A DNA stretch of 64,000 nt from a bacterium (GTDB lineage Bacteria; SAR324; XYD2-FULL-50-16), in NCBI GenBank assembly GCA_032250835.1, contig JAVVEA010000001.1, positions 256,001-320,000 on the forward strand, read 5' to 3'. Under the pieces are notes generated by a model that did no database searches, was not told where the DNA came from, and saw nothing but the letters and a program-made list of their open reading frames with translations. The translations under genes were made by a program, and so were the position numbers. This document shows, in pieces, positions 48,606 through 58,185 of this stretch; the stretch's first letter is position 1; each line of letters starts with the position of its first letter.

Positions 48606-50047
48606 AACCCCTCTCGCAAGATCGCTTCAATCTGGTCCAAGTCCAGGTGCGGCTCTAGGCCATCGGCCAAGCGGTCATAGGGGTCGCCGCCTTGATCGGC
48701 GTCCCAACTAAAGGCCATGACCTGCTCTAAGAACTCAGCCAAAAAGGGGCGGGATTCGAAGAGGCCATGCTGGTAGCTACCAAAGATTTGCCCATCATTC
48801 CAGCCCTCAGGCCCATCGGTTAAGGTCAACCAAGGACGTTGGGGCCCCTGGTAGAAGCTACGGCCTTGGTGGATCTCGTAGCCCTCGAAGGCGGTCCCTA
48901 AAGGACTGGTGCCCGCCGTGCGGGTTAGGCGTTTTTCTCGGCCAAAGCTCGTGGTCATCGGGATTAAGCCCAATCCTTCACGTTCCCCGCCGCCGGGTGA
49001 TTCTAAGGCTTCGGGGTCTTCTAGCTTTTGGCCTAACATCTGGTAACCACCACAGATCCCTAAAACCTTCCCACCAGCCTTGCGGTAGGCCTCTAAGGGT
49101 TCTAACCAACCGCTTTGGCGTAACCAATCTAAGTCCGCTAGGCTGGACTTACTGCCCGGTAAAATCACCAGTCCATAGGGGCTTAAGTTGCGCGGGCCGC
49201 TGAGGAAGTGGCAAGCCAACCCCGGCACCTCGGCGAGGGGTTCAAAGTCCGTAAAGTTGCTGATCCGAGGATAGCGGATAACGGCGACCGCAGGGCCCTT
49301 GGGGGGCAAAGGGTCGATTTGGTATTCTAGGCTCTGGGCATCTTCAGAAGGCAGGCCGTGGTCCGCCAAGAAAGGCAATAGACCCAAGACAGGCAGGCCG
49401 GTGCGCTGCTCGATCCACTCAATCCCTTCTTGGAACAATTCGCGGCTGCCCCGGAAGCGGTTGATGAGGATACCCTTGATCATTGCGCGGTCTTCGGGCG
49501 AGATCACCTCAAGGCTGCCCACGATTTGGGCGAACACGCCGCCCCGGTCTATATCGGCGAGCAACAAGGCCGGAGCCCGGACCGCCTGGCAAAGCCCGAG
49601 GTTGATGAAGTCGCGTGAGCGTAAATTGACTTCCGCCAAAGAACCGGCTCCTTCGATCAGGATATTCTGGTAGCGGGCTTGTAGCTGGGCATAGTCTTCT
49701 AAGGCCGCTTGGCGCAGTTCGGCGTTGCGGATAAAAAAATTGCTCCCTTCCAAGCGCCCCACAGGCTTGCCGCGTAGCACCAATTGGCTGGCATGATCGG
49801 CCTCGGGCTTGATCAACACAGGATTCATCAAAACGTCAGGTTCCAGCCCGGCCGCACGGGCCTGGACAAATTGGGCGCGGCCCATTTCCAACCCGTCCCA
49901 GGTCACCCCGCTGTTGTTGGACATATTTTGGGCCTTAAAAGGAGCCACCAGCCAGCCGCGTCGCTTAAGCAACCGCAACAATCCGGCGGTGACCAAACTT
50001 TTGCCTACGTCGGAGCCGGTGCCCAAAATGGCCAAGGAATGATTCAT
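48602..50047 (-). CDS. cobQ: Cobyric acid synthase
   Basis: GTGSDVGKS, PFKAQNMSNN, EGAGS.AE, DIDRGG, ISNFTD, GICGGYQ, GYEIH; ATG at 50047. Confidence 0.96.
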   Translation of the reverse strand: MNHSLAILGTGSDVGKSLVTAGLLRLLKRRGWLVAPFKAQNMSNNSGVTWDGLEMGRAQFVQARAAGLEPDVLMNPVLIKPEADHASQLVLRGKPVGRLEGSNFFIRNAELRQAALEDYAQLQARYQNILIEGAGSLAEVNLRSRDFINLGLCQAVRAPALLLADIDRGGVFAQIVGSLEVISPEDRAMIKGILINRFRGSRELFQEGIEWIEQRTGLPVLGLLPFLADHGLPSEDAQSLEYQIDPLPPKGPAVAVIRYPRISNFTDFEPLAEVPGLACHFLSGPRNLSPYGLVILPGSKSSLADLDWLRQSGWLEPLEAYRKAGGKVLGICGGYQMLGQKLEDPEALESPGGGEREGLGLIPMTTSFGREKRLTRTAGTSPLGTAFEGYEIHQGRSFYQGPQRPWLTLTDGPEGWNDGQIFGSYQHGLFESRPFLAEFLEQVMAFSWDADQGGDPYDRLADGLEPHLDLDQIEAILREGL

Positions 50048-50814
50048 CGCCACCCCGCCCACCAAGGGGCCAACGAGGGCCGGTAGAGCAGGGCAAAAAG
50101 CAGCAAGATGGCTTCGTTGATCAAGCAGGAAGCACCAATCAAGTCGCCGGTGATCCCGCCTAATCGTTTGGTTTGGGCCCAGCCAAAGAGGTGGGTAGCG
50201 CCCAGCGCCAACCCGAAGGCGGCCAAGGCACTGCCCCCAAATAGCCCGTAACACAGGCCCAAGCCCGATAGGGCAGCCAACCAACGCTGAACCTTGCCCG
50301 CACCGGCCATAAAAGCCCCGGCAGTCCCTTCAGCGCGGGCATTGGGGTAGGCCGTCATCAGCTCCACCATCATCGACCGACTCAACACCAACACCAGCAC
50401 CAACCACCAGCGCCCATCTTGTTCCAGTAAAGCGGTGGCCAAGGTCACCCAAAGCAAGAGGTACAACACCAAAGCGACGACCCCAAAGGCCCCATTGGTC
50501 GAGTCCTTCATGATCAACAACGCCTTCTCCCGGTTGTTTCCGGCCCCATAGCTGTCGGCCCAATCGGCCAAACCATCCAGGTGCAAGGCACGGGTCAAGA
50601 GGGCCAACAGGAGGGCCAAAAAAACGGCCTCCCCTTGGGCCCAAAGGCCCCAAGAAAGCGCCTCAAAGCCCCAACCGGCGAGCCAAAGCAGGGTCCCTAA
50701 AATCAACCCCACCCAAGGAAAACTAGACAGCGAGCGCGAGAGCTGGGCGGTGTCGGTTCCAGGGACCGGAAGTAGGGTCAGGGTACGGATAGCGGTAATC
50801 AACGGTGCTAACAT
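50044..50814 (-). CDS. cobS: Cobalamin synthase
   Basis: LHLDGLADWAD, IMKDS..GAFG, GGITGD..GA...NE. Confidence 0.95.
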   Translation of the reverse strand: MLAPLITAIRTLTLLPVPGTDTAQLSRSLSSFPWVGLILGTLLWLAGWGFEALSWGLWAQGEAVFLALLLALLTRALHLDGLADWADSYGAGNNREKALLIMKDSTNGAFGVVALVLYLLLWVTLATALLEQDGRWWLVLVLVLSRSMMVELMTAYPNARAEGTAGAFMAGAGKVQRWLAALSGLGLCYGLFGGSALAAFGLALGATHLFGWAQTKRLGGITGDLIGASCLINEAILLLFALLYRPSLAPWWAGWR

Positions 50815-50947
50815 CTATTGCCAAGAAAAGGAGCGTTTACGAGCTTTTTACAGGGCTACCCCAGTTGCCCTCCCTTGGCAAGCCACCTCCCTTTGACAAA
50901 ACCGAGCAATCCCTCTAAACCTTAAGGAAACCGAAGTTAGAGGCCCT

Positions 50948-51094
50948 ATGCAAACGATCATGACCGACATCGTCTTTTTGGTGGCGCTGCTCTTAGTGGG
51001 CTACAAGACCGTAAATACTTGGCGACAGCTCTTTCCGAAGGGGTTTGACGTCTGGCTGGCTGAGCGCAAACAGACCCCCCCGGACGAAGGCTAA
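50948..51094 (+). CDS. Small 48-aa membrane protein, below the ORF-track cutoff
   Basis: MQTIMTDIVFLVALLLVGYKTVNTWRQLFPKGFDVWLAERKQTPPDEG; AGAGG RBS; TTGACA-N17-TAAACC upstream (50893); ends 3 nt before the next gene. Confidence 0.65.
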   Translation: MQTIMTDIVFLVALLLVGYKTVNTWRQLFPKGFDVWLAERKQTPPDEG

Positions 51095-51097
51095 CGC

Positions 51098-52213
51098 TTG
51101 TCTCGATTCAAAGCCTATTTACCCTTAGTGGCGCTGTTTTTGGTTTGGGTTGCCCTGACCGCTGTGGCCGAACATTGGGATTGGGACCTTCGCTTCACCT
51201 CCCTCTTTTTTGACGCCGAACGCGGCGGGTTTTATCTAGCAGAGCAACAGCCCTTCAGGGCCCTCTTCGAGGTGGGCACTTGGCCTGGGTTGCTGCTAGG
51301 TCTGGGTTCTGGGGTCGCTTGGGCGCTGGGGTACTTCCGGCCCTGCTGGGCCCCATACCGACGCCGCTGGGCGGTGGTGTTCCTAACCGCGATTGTGGGC
51401 GGCGGGATTTTGGTGAATGGATTTTTAAAGGATTATTGGGGCCGCCCCAGGCCTCGCGAGGTCACCCAATTTGAGGGACGCTGGCCCTACCACCCCATCG
51501 CCCAACCGGGCACCCCCGGCAAAGGCAAATCCTTTCCTTGCGGCCATTGCACCTCCGGCTTTTTGTTGGTTTCCTTAGGGGCCTTTATCCCGACCCACCC
51601 CATCCCCGCCGGGATCGCCGTGGGCACGGGCTTGGCCTATGGGGCCTTGATGTCTTCGGCGAGGATCGTTCAGGGAGGCCATTTTCTCTCTGATGCCTTT
51701 TGGGCCTTGGGGACCGTACTGATGACCAGCGGCTTTTTTTATGTCCTCTTAGTCCGCAACCGTGATCTGAGCCAACAGGCCCAATTAAGCCGCCGGGGAA
51801 AATGGGGGTTGGCTTTGGGGGTGACGGCCTTTTTGGTCCTGTCCACCGGTCTGTTCATGACCCGCCGTCCCTATTTTAAGACCTACCATGACGGCTTTGA
51901 CCTAAACCCCCAGACCCGCCTCTTAGAGCTCCAGCTGAGCCAAGAGCCCCAAAGCTTTCATATCCGCTACAGCAACGTCCCTCGGATTATGCTGGTGGTG
52001 GACGTACAGGGATTAGGTTGGACCGAAGCGACCCACCGGATGTTTTACTTGCGCGAACAAGAAGGCCCCAAGCAGATCATCAAGGCCCGCTTCGTGCCGA
52101 TCAACTATTTTAGCGAAATCAGCCACGACGTGGTGTTACAGTTGCCTTTAGACTTTAAAGAAAAAGACCTACAGATCGAAACCCGCTACCTGATCACGCC
52201 CCCCATACCTTAA
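51098..52213 (+). CDS. PAP2-family membrane phosphatase with C-terminal extension
   Basis: KDYWGRPRP, SFPCGH and ARIVQGGHFLSD catalytic motifs. Confidence 0.9.
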   Translation: MSRFKAYLPLVALFLVWVALTAVAEHWDWDLRFTSLFFDAERGGFYLAEQQPFRALFEVGTWPGLLLGLGSGVAWALGYFRPCWAPYRRRWAVVFLTAIVGGGILVNGFLKDYWGRPRPREVTQFEGRWPYHPIAQPGTPGKGKSFPCGHCTSGFLLVSLGAFIPTHPIPAGIAVGTGLAYGALMSSARIVQGGHFLSDAFWALGTVLMTSGFFYVLLVRNRDLSQQAQLSRRGKWGLALGVTAFLVLSTGLFMTRRPYFKTYHDGFDLNPQTRLLELQLSQEPQSFHIRYSNVPRIMLVVDVQGLGWTEATHRMFYLREQEGPKQIIKARFVPINYFSEISHDVVLQLPLDFKEKDLQIETRYLITPPIP

Positions 52214-52218
52214 GGCCC

Positions 52219-53106
52219 ATGAAACGTTTGATCCAGATTCTGGGCGTCCACTCGGTCCGCGAGTTGCTGCGTTACAAGTCTTTTTTCTTACTGGTCTTTT
52301 TGCTTTTCTTGGCAGACCGGTTGTTGAAGCTCACCTTGGGTTCGGGAGCCAAGCCGCCGGGCTTGAGCGAGGCTAAGGCCTTAGGGCTAGACGCGGCGGG
52401 TTTTGTCTTTGAGCAACTGCCTAGCCTGCTGGGTGATTGGCTGCTCGATGGGCGGGTTTTGCTGGGCGCGCTGGCATTGTTTGTGATGAAACAACTCATT
52501 AGCATTTGGCCCAGTTCCGACATGCGCCGGATGCACCGCGGTGAGCGGCAGGGTTTCGGGCTGTTGGGTTCGCTGACGGTTTTACGTTGGCATCAGGTCC
52601 TTTGGGACCTGATCGCCGTCGGTAGCTTGAGCCTATTGACCCTCAGTTGGGCAGTGGGCACCTTTGTCTTGGCCAGGATTTGGTGGGACGCCCAAGGGGG
52701 CTTGGCGGCTCTGTTACTCTGGGCTGGGTTGCTGGGGTTGGTGGCCCCGGTGGTGTTAGCGGGGCTATCCTTTTCTTCGAAGTTGGCGGTCTTAAGCCAA
52801 GGGAGTTTCCGGCGCAAATTAACGCTCTACTTTAAGCTCTTTACGGATGCCCGCTTCTTTGCCAAGGCCTGGGCCTTTTATTCGCTGCGGACGATTTTAG
52901 AGGGGATATTTGTGGGCTTGGTACCGGCAGGGGCGTTGTTGTGGATCGAATCCTTTCCCCTGCGCATGCTGGTTGCCGCCCTTTCGGCGACGCCGGTCTA
53001 TTCATTCGTCAAGATGGCGAGCTTTAAGTTCTTCTTGTTCCTGTACCGGGACTACCCGGAAGTAAAAGAAGAGTACGCCCGCTATTATGAGGAATTAGAG
53101 TTTTAG
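52219..53106 (+). CDS. Hypothetical integral membrane protein
   Basis: 295 aa with several hydrophobic segments; in an operon with the PAP2 gene. Confidence 0.75.
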   Translation: MKRLIQILGVHSVRELLRYKSFFLLVFLLFLADRLLKLTLGSGAKPPGLSEAKALGLDAAGFVFEQLPSLLGDWLLDGRVLLGALALFVMKQLISIWPSSDMRRMHRGERQGFGLLGSLTVLRWHQVLWDLIAVGSLSLLTLSWAVGTFVLARIWWDAQGGLAALLLWAGLLGLVAPVVLAGLSFSSKLAVLSQGSFRRKLTLYFKLFTDARFFAKAWAFYSLRTILEGIFVGLVPAGALLWIESFPLRMLVAALSATPVYSFVKMASFKFFLFLYRDYPEVKEEYARYYEELEF

Positions 53107-53462
53107 TCTGCCTGGGCGTCTCGGTAGGCGATCAACGCGGCCACGGCTTCGGTTTTGAGGTCCTCAAGAGCCGCCACGGCGGTGCTCAATCCTTCGCGGT
53201 CCGAGGCCTTGCCCAGGTTTTCCATCGACTTAAGGTGCGCGGCAAAGCGCTCCAAACCCAAATTAAAACAAAGACCTTTCAGGTCATGGGCCCGGCGTAC
53301 CAATTGCTCATAATTGGCCGCTTCAAATAACTCGGCCAATTCAGAACAGGTTTGCTGGGCCTCGCTGGTGAAGACCTCAATGTATTCGTTAAAGAAGTCT
53401 AGGCCCAACTCATAGCGCGAGACGGTGACTTCTTCGTTCAACAGTTTAGGTAGGCTCATCAT
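53103..53462 (-). CDS. Stand-alone Hpt phosphotransfer protein
   Basis: RAHDLKG..FNLG motif, 119 aa. Confidence 0.88.
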   Translation of the reverse strand: MMSLPKLLNEEVTVSRYELGLDFFNEYIEVFTSEAQQTCSELAELFEAANYEQLVRRAHDLKGLCFNLGLERFAAHLKSMENLGKASDREGLSTAVAALEDLKTEAVAALIAYRDAQAD

Positions 53463-55324
53463 TCCCCTAATTTGCTTCTAAAGAGACGAAAGGGCATAGA
53501 CAAACCTTTTTGGCTGTCCAAAAAGCAATGCGCCCCTTTTATCCCCTGGTTACGACATCTAAAACGGTAAGCCCGGTATGAGCGATCCATCGCCAAGCAA
53601 TGGGCCTCTTCTAGCTGCTGGATCGTTAATTCGGGTCCTTTGAACCCCATTTCTAAAGACGCGAGGCAGGTCTTTCCGCGCCCTTCGTCGTAAACTATAC
53701 GACCGCCGCCCTTTCCGTCGAACTGAAAAAACAGCCGTACGGGCTCGCGGTCCTGGTTGGTCAGACTGGTATTGCTGATCCAAAGCCCCTTCGAAAAGGC
53801 CACATCTTGGTTTTCGGGCAAAATAAACAGCCGACTGAGTTGCTCTTTTAGCTCCGCTAACTCCCGCTTAAGCCTTCGGTTCTCTTCCTCAAGCTCCTTT
53901 TGCGGGGGGCTGCAACTGGGCTCAGCCGGTTGGGCTTGGATCGGTCGGCCTTTCAGCGCCGCCAAGGCCAAATCAGCCCGCACCAAGGGACCGATGCTTT
54001 GGCCCGCTTGGCCCCGTTGGATTTCAGCGCTGTTTAAGATCAAGGAAATTGCCCGCTCGGCCGTTAATTCGGGCTCGGCGCTAAACATCAGCCCCAACAC
54101 ACCAGCCACCAAGGGGGCGGCCATACTGGTCCCGTCTCGAGTCCCAAAGCGCCGCTCCGGCAGAGCCCCAAAAATCCCTACCCCAGGCGCACTGAGGTTG
54201 ACTTCAGGACCATAGTTTGAAAAGGAAGCGCGCGCACCATTTCGGTCCACCGCCCCGATGACTAAGCTCCCTTGCGCGCGTTTCATCGGGTCCAGGGCCG
54301 CCAAAAAATTATCATTACCCGCCGCCTGGACCACCACCGCTCCCTTATCGGCGGCGGCTTTAAAGAGGCGACGCCAAAAGATCACCTCTCCTTGGCTGGC
54401 GTTCATAAAAAGGTCCTTAACCCGCCGCTTTTGCAACTCTCCCATACCCGCAAAAGCCTCAGAAGGGAAAAAGCCCAAAGACAGGTTGATTACCTTGGCT
54501 CCCTTAAAAAGGGCGTAATAGATGCCGTTAGCCACCGAAGAAAGGGACAAATTCCCAGCGGCGTCCGAAGCCTGGATTAAGACCAACGAACAACCCGGAC
54601 AAGCCCCGGCGGCCCCCAGGGTGTTACCCGCACGTCCGGCGGCTAAGGAAGCCACATGGGTGCCATGGATCTCCAAATCTTTAGCGCCCACCAACTCGCG
54701 CTTACGGGTCGATGCGTTCCAATAGGTACGCACCCGGCCCAAAAGTTCGGGGTGGTTGCGGTCAAAGCCCGAGTCGATCACCGCAATACTCACCTCGGGT
54801 AGGCCCAAGGTCTGGTCCCATGCGTTAAATAGGCCCATGCGCCGGTAGGGCCAGGCATGCGGTTTTTGGCCCGAGACCAATTCGGGGTCTAGGGGCACCA
54901 GTTGGGTGTCTAAAAGCTGTTCAAAAAAGACCGCTTCAATCAAAGGGTGCCCGCTGAAGCGGCTTTTCCATTGTTCGGCTTGGCTCGGCGGAACTTCGGC
55001 CTGCAAGACGTTGGTTTGCGGGTCTAAGCCCACAAATTTCATCGGCTCGCCGCGGTACTTTTTTTGTAACACCGCCATCAACTCGGTGGCGTCGGCACCG
55101 GCTTTAAGCAGCAAGACCAGGCGATTTCGCACCACCCGGCGTTGCAGGGGGTCCTTTAAATCAGGCCCGACCTGCCTGGGGTCGATGGGCGCATAGCCGA
55201 CCAAAGAAGGGCCTGCCTTTTCGGCTACCCAGGCATCGGGGCCCACCAGCCATTGCTTTTGCTCAGCCCACAGGCTGGGGGCGTAAAGGAAGGCCAAAAC
55301 CCAAAGCAGCGCGAACCTGTTCAA
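53459..55324 (-). CDS. Secreted S8 subtilisin-like serine protease with C-terminal coiled coil and Cys-rich domain
   Basis: Signal peptide; catalytic triad VIDSG / HGTHVA / GTSMAAP; AAGND. Confidence 0.92.
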   Translation of the reverse strand: MNRFALLWVLAFLYAPSLWAEQKQWLVGPDAWVAEKAGPSLVGYAPIDPRQVGPDLKDPLQRRVVRNRLVLLLKAGADATELMAVLQKKYRGEPMKFVGLDPQTNVLQAEVPPSQAEQWKSRFSGHPLIEAVFFEQLLDTQLVPLDPELVSGQKPHAWPYRRMGLFNAWDQTLGLPEVSIAVIDSGFDRNHPELLGRVRTYWNASTRKRELVGAKDLEIHGTHVASLAAGRAGNTLGAAGACPGCSLVLIQASDAAGNLSLSSVANGIYYALFKGAKVINLSLGFFPSEAFAGMGELQKRRVKDLFMNASQGEVIFWRRLFKAAADKGAVVVQAAGNDNFLAALDPMKRAQGSLVIGAVDRNGARASFSNYGPEVNLSAPGVGIFGALPERRFGTRDGTSMAAPLVAGVLGLMFSAEPELTAERAISLILNSAEIQRGQAGQSIGPLVRADLALAALKGRPIQAQPAEPSCSPPQKELEEENRRLKRELAELKEQLSRLFILPENQDVAFSKGLWISNTSLTNQDREPVRLFFQFDGKGGGRIVYDEGRGKTCLASLEMGFKGPELTIQQLEEAHCLAMDRSYRAYRFRCRNQGIKGAHCFLDSQKGLSMPFRLFRSKLGE

Positions 55325-55827
55325 CTTTCCTCTTGGGTGTTAAAAGGTAGGTTCAACGGCTGGACGTAGTTACCGGCGAAGTATTCTTCTTCGTGTGGGT
55401 TGCTGCAGAATAGGGCCCCGGCGCTGGGGTCCAAGCTAAGGCCGCAGTGTAGGCAGGCTCCGGCTTGTCGGCGGCGCTCTACTTCGGCTTTAACCCGCTC
55501 ATCCGCCGGGCGGAAGTCGGTTTCTAAGCGCTTTGAAGGCAGGGGTTTAGAGCTTTGCAGGGTTTCTTTGGCGACTTTTTTGAGTCGCTCCGTAGCCGCT
55601 TGGTCAACCAAAGGATTTTGCTCGACCAAGTCGCTTAGCTGCTGTTCTAATCCAGCGATGCGTTGGTCCATTTGGACTAAGTGAGCTTCGATGCGGTGCA
55701 AACCATCTAGCCCCGCTTGGATCGAAAAGAACCAATGGAAAAACCGGCGCAGCAAGAAAAAGGTCAAACCGAAGAGCGCAAGCATCAGCGCGAAGACATC
55801 GGCGAACTGTAAAAAAAAGGACGACAT
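55321..55827 (-). CDS. Hypothetical membrane-anchored protein with coiled coil and possible Zn-binding motif
   Basis: N-terminal TM; CLHCG...FCSNPH; TTGA overlap with the S8 gene. Confidence 0.7.
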   Translation of the reverse strand: MSSFFLQFADVFALMLALFGLTFFLLRRFFHWFFSIQAGLDGLHRIEAHLVQMDQRIAGLEQQLSDLVEQNPLVDQAATERLKKVAKETLQSSKPLPSKRLETDFRPADERVKAEVERRRQAGACLHCGLSLDPSAGALFCSNPHEEEYFAGNYVQPLNLPFNTQEES

Positions 55828-55891
55828 AAGGGCCTCTTGTGGTGGTTTTTACCATTCTAATGCCCTCAACGCATCAAGGCAAGACAGCTAC

Positions 55892-56368
55892 ATGAAACCC
55901 CGCATTTTAGCGTTGGATGTTGAAGGCACTCTTTTGGTCCATCAAGGCCGGTGGGTCCATTGCCGCTCCGGCCTGTTTGATTTTTTAGCCTGGGCCTTAA
56001 GCCGCTTTGAACGGGTTCCCTTTTATACCCTGTTAAGCGAAGCCCAAACCCGGCATATATTTGAGTTATTAAGCTCCCAGGGCGACGTCCCGGCGGACTT
56101 GATGCCCCGCTTTGAGTTTGTGGTCAACCCTGGCTGGGGTAAAGATTTAACGGCCATCGAAGGGGCAGAACTCGACGAAATCCGGTTGGTCGACGATTCA
56201 CCGGGCAACATATTAGAAGACCAGCGCCATCTTTGGCTCCCCATCAAAAGCTTTCGGGGACCCCAAGGGGTCAGTAGTGCTTTCGGCGCTACCGAGCCGG
56301 ACCCGCCTGATACAGAGCTGCAGCGAATCCAAACTATTTTAACGCAACAATTAGCGGCAAATGATTGA
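55892..56368 (+). CDS. HAD-superfamily (NIF/FCP1-like) phosphatase
   Basis: ILALDVEGTL, RSGLFDFL, KDL, LVDDSP; likely ATG at 55892. Confidence 0.75.
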   Translation: MKPRILALDVEGTLLVHQGRWVHCRSGLFDFLAWALSRFERVPFYTLLSEAQTRHIFELLSSQGDVPADLMPRFEFVVNPGWGKDLTAIEGAELDEIRLVDDSPGNILEDQRHLWLPIKSFRGPQGVSSAFGATEPDPPDTELQRIQTILTQQLAAND

Positions 56369-56442
56369 GCTTTTTGGTTCTCTGAACTATGATCATCCTG
56401 CTTGAATCCTTAAGCTAAACTTAACGATAGGTCCCGCTCCAA

Positions 56443-58185
56443 ATGCTCGAAGCGTTCCGCAAAAAAAGTCGCGGCCACGAAGATCAGGCCAACGAATTTC
56501 TGGAAAAGGGAATGGACATGCTCGACGGCGGCATGTTCAAGCAGGCCATGATCCAATTCCAGCAGGCCATCGATACGGACAAAAAAGTCGCCCTACCGGC
56601 GATCTACAAGCACTTCAAAGAAAAGATCAAAGAAACCGATTGGGAAGCGGGCTTGGCGCTGGGTTTGATCGTCATCAAATACCGCCAAGCCGACGCCGAA
56701 TTGGCGAACTTGGTGGGCAACTGCTCTAGGCGGCAAAAAAACTTCAAACAGGCAAACAGCCTGTACCGGCATGCCCTCAAGGTAAACCCAAAGTTCCGTA
56801 CCGCCTTCTTCAACCTCGCCGCCAGTATGGGCAAGGTAGACAAATACGACGACGAAGTACGCCATTCGATCGAGACCTACGCCAACATGCAGGAGTACCT
56901 CCTGCCCGATTATTTTGGCGATCCGCTGTTGATGGAAAAGCTAGAAGAAGAGTTGACCGTAAAGAAACGCGAAGAAGTCACCGAGCGGATCCAACGTTTA
57001 GAGCTAGAATTAGCCCAGGCCGAAGCCGACGACGACTACCTAGAACAACGCCGATTGAACATGGAGTTAGACCTCGCCACCAAGGCAGAGATCAAACCCG
57101 AGCCCGAAATGGTCTTTCCGGTCTTAGAAGAAAGGGTTCGCCAGGCGGAGAAAAAAGAGAACCCCAGCTTAAAAGAGATGGCCTTTGAATACATGAACCT
57201 AGCCATCTATTCGATCAGTCAAAACGACGGGAAGCGGGCCTTAAAGACCTTGATTGATATGGACAAGATGGGTTTGGTCGCCGAGTACCAAACCATGCTC
57301 AAGGCTATCGCCATGGACCTTACGGGCAGTCCCGAAGACGCTAACGACCTCTTCATGCACGCCCTACAAGAAGACACCAACAACCGCTACCTCAACCTCA
57401 ACTTAGGGATCTTGCACCGCCGTCGGGGCAACTCGCTGCTGGCGACCAAGTACCTCGCTATTGGGGCCTCGTTGCTGGAGAAATCCGATGGCCTGTACCG
57501 CCTCAGCGAGCTGATCAAAATTGCCGATAAGTCCTACGAGCAAGGTAACATCGATAAAGCCCTGAATCTTTACCGGATCGTCTGTAACGAGGTGGACTAC
57601 CCTGAGCCGTTCATGAAGCTCGGTGACATCCACCTCAACCGAGATGAGCTAGAAGAAGCCACCGGGGCCTTCCATCAGGTTTTAAACAAAGACCCCAACA
57701 ACAGCGTCGCCCGCGAACGATTGCGCGAAATCCACGATTCTTACTTCGAAAAGGCCGAAGCCTTCTTTCGAGACAACAAATACAAGGCCGCCTCGGGCGT
57801 TTTTGAGCGTGCCCTTTCGGTGATGCGTTTACCCGAAACGATCCGCAAGACCGCTTCGGTTTATCAGGTGATGCGTAAGCCCCTGAAGGCTGAAGTCCTG
57901 ATGAAGGAATACGAGGAGCTGAAGGAGCAAGAAAAGGTCTTACAAGAAGAAAAAGAGCGCCAATCGAACATCATCTTAGGCAAGGCCTACCTGAAGAAGA
58001 AACATTGGTCCAAAGCGATCGAGCACTTTGAAATTGCCTTTAGGATGAAGCTCGACAAAGACGTGTTTGTTTATCTGGCGACGATCTACCGCAACTTGCG
58101 TAAAACCGAAGAAATGCGTGACCTGCTCACTAGGTACAACCGCATGGTGGAGCACGAAGAGAAGGTTAAGCGTTTCGCCGAGTGA
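56443..58185 (+). CDS. TPR-repeat protein
   Basis: Multiple TPR-like units (ALKVNPKF..AFFNLA, LGDIHL...VLNKDPNN) and charged coiled segments. Confidence 0.85.
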   Translation: MLEAFRKKSRGHEDQANEFLEKGMDMLDGGMFKQAMIQFQQAIDTDKKVALPAIYKHFKEKIKETDWEAGLALGLIVIKYRQADAELANLVGNCSRRQKNFKQANSLYRHALKVNPKFRTAFFNLAASMGKVDKYDDEVRHSIETYANMQEYLLPDYFGDPLLMEKLEEELTVKKREEVTERIQRLELELAQAEADDDYLEQRRLNMELDLATKAEIKPEPEMVFPVLEERVRQAEKKENPSLKEMAFEYMNLAIYSISQNDGKRALKTLIDMDKMGLVAEYQTMLKAIAMDLTGSPEDANDLFMHALQEDTNNRYLNLNLGILHRRRGNSLLATKYLAIGASLLEKSDGLYRLSELIKIADKSYEQGNIDKALNLYRIVCNEVDYPEPFMKLGDIHLNRDELEEATGAFHQVLNKDPNNSVARERLREIHDSYFEKAEAFFRDNKYKAASGVFERALSVMRLPETIRKTASVYQVMRKPLKAEVLMKEYEELKEQEKVLQEEKERQSNIILGKAYLKKKHWSKAIEHFEIAFRMKLDKDVFVYLATIYRNLRKTEEMRDLLTRYNRMVEHEEKVKRFAE

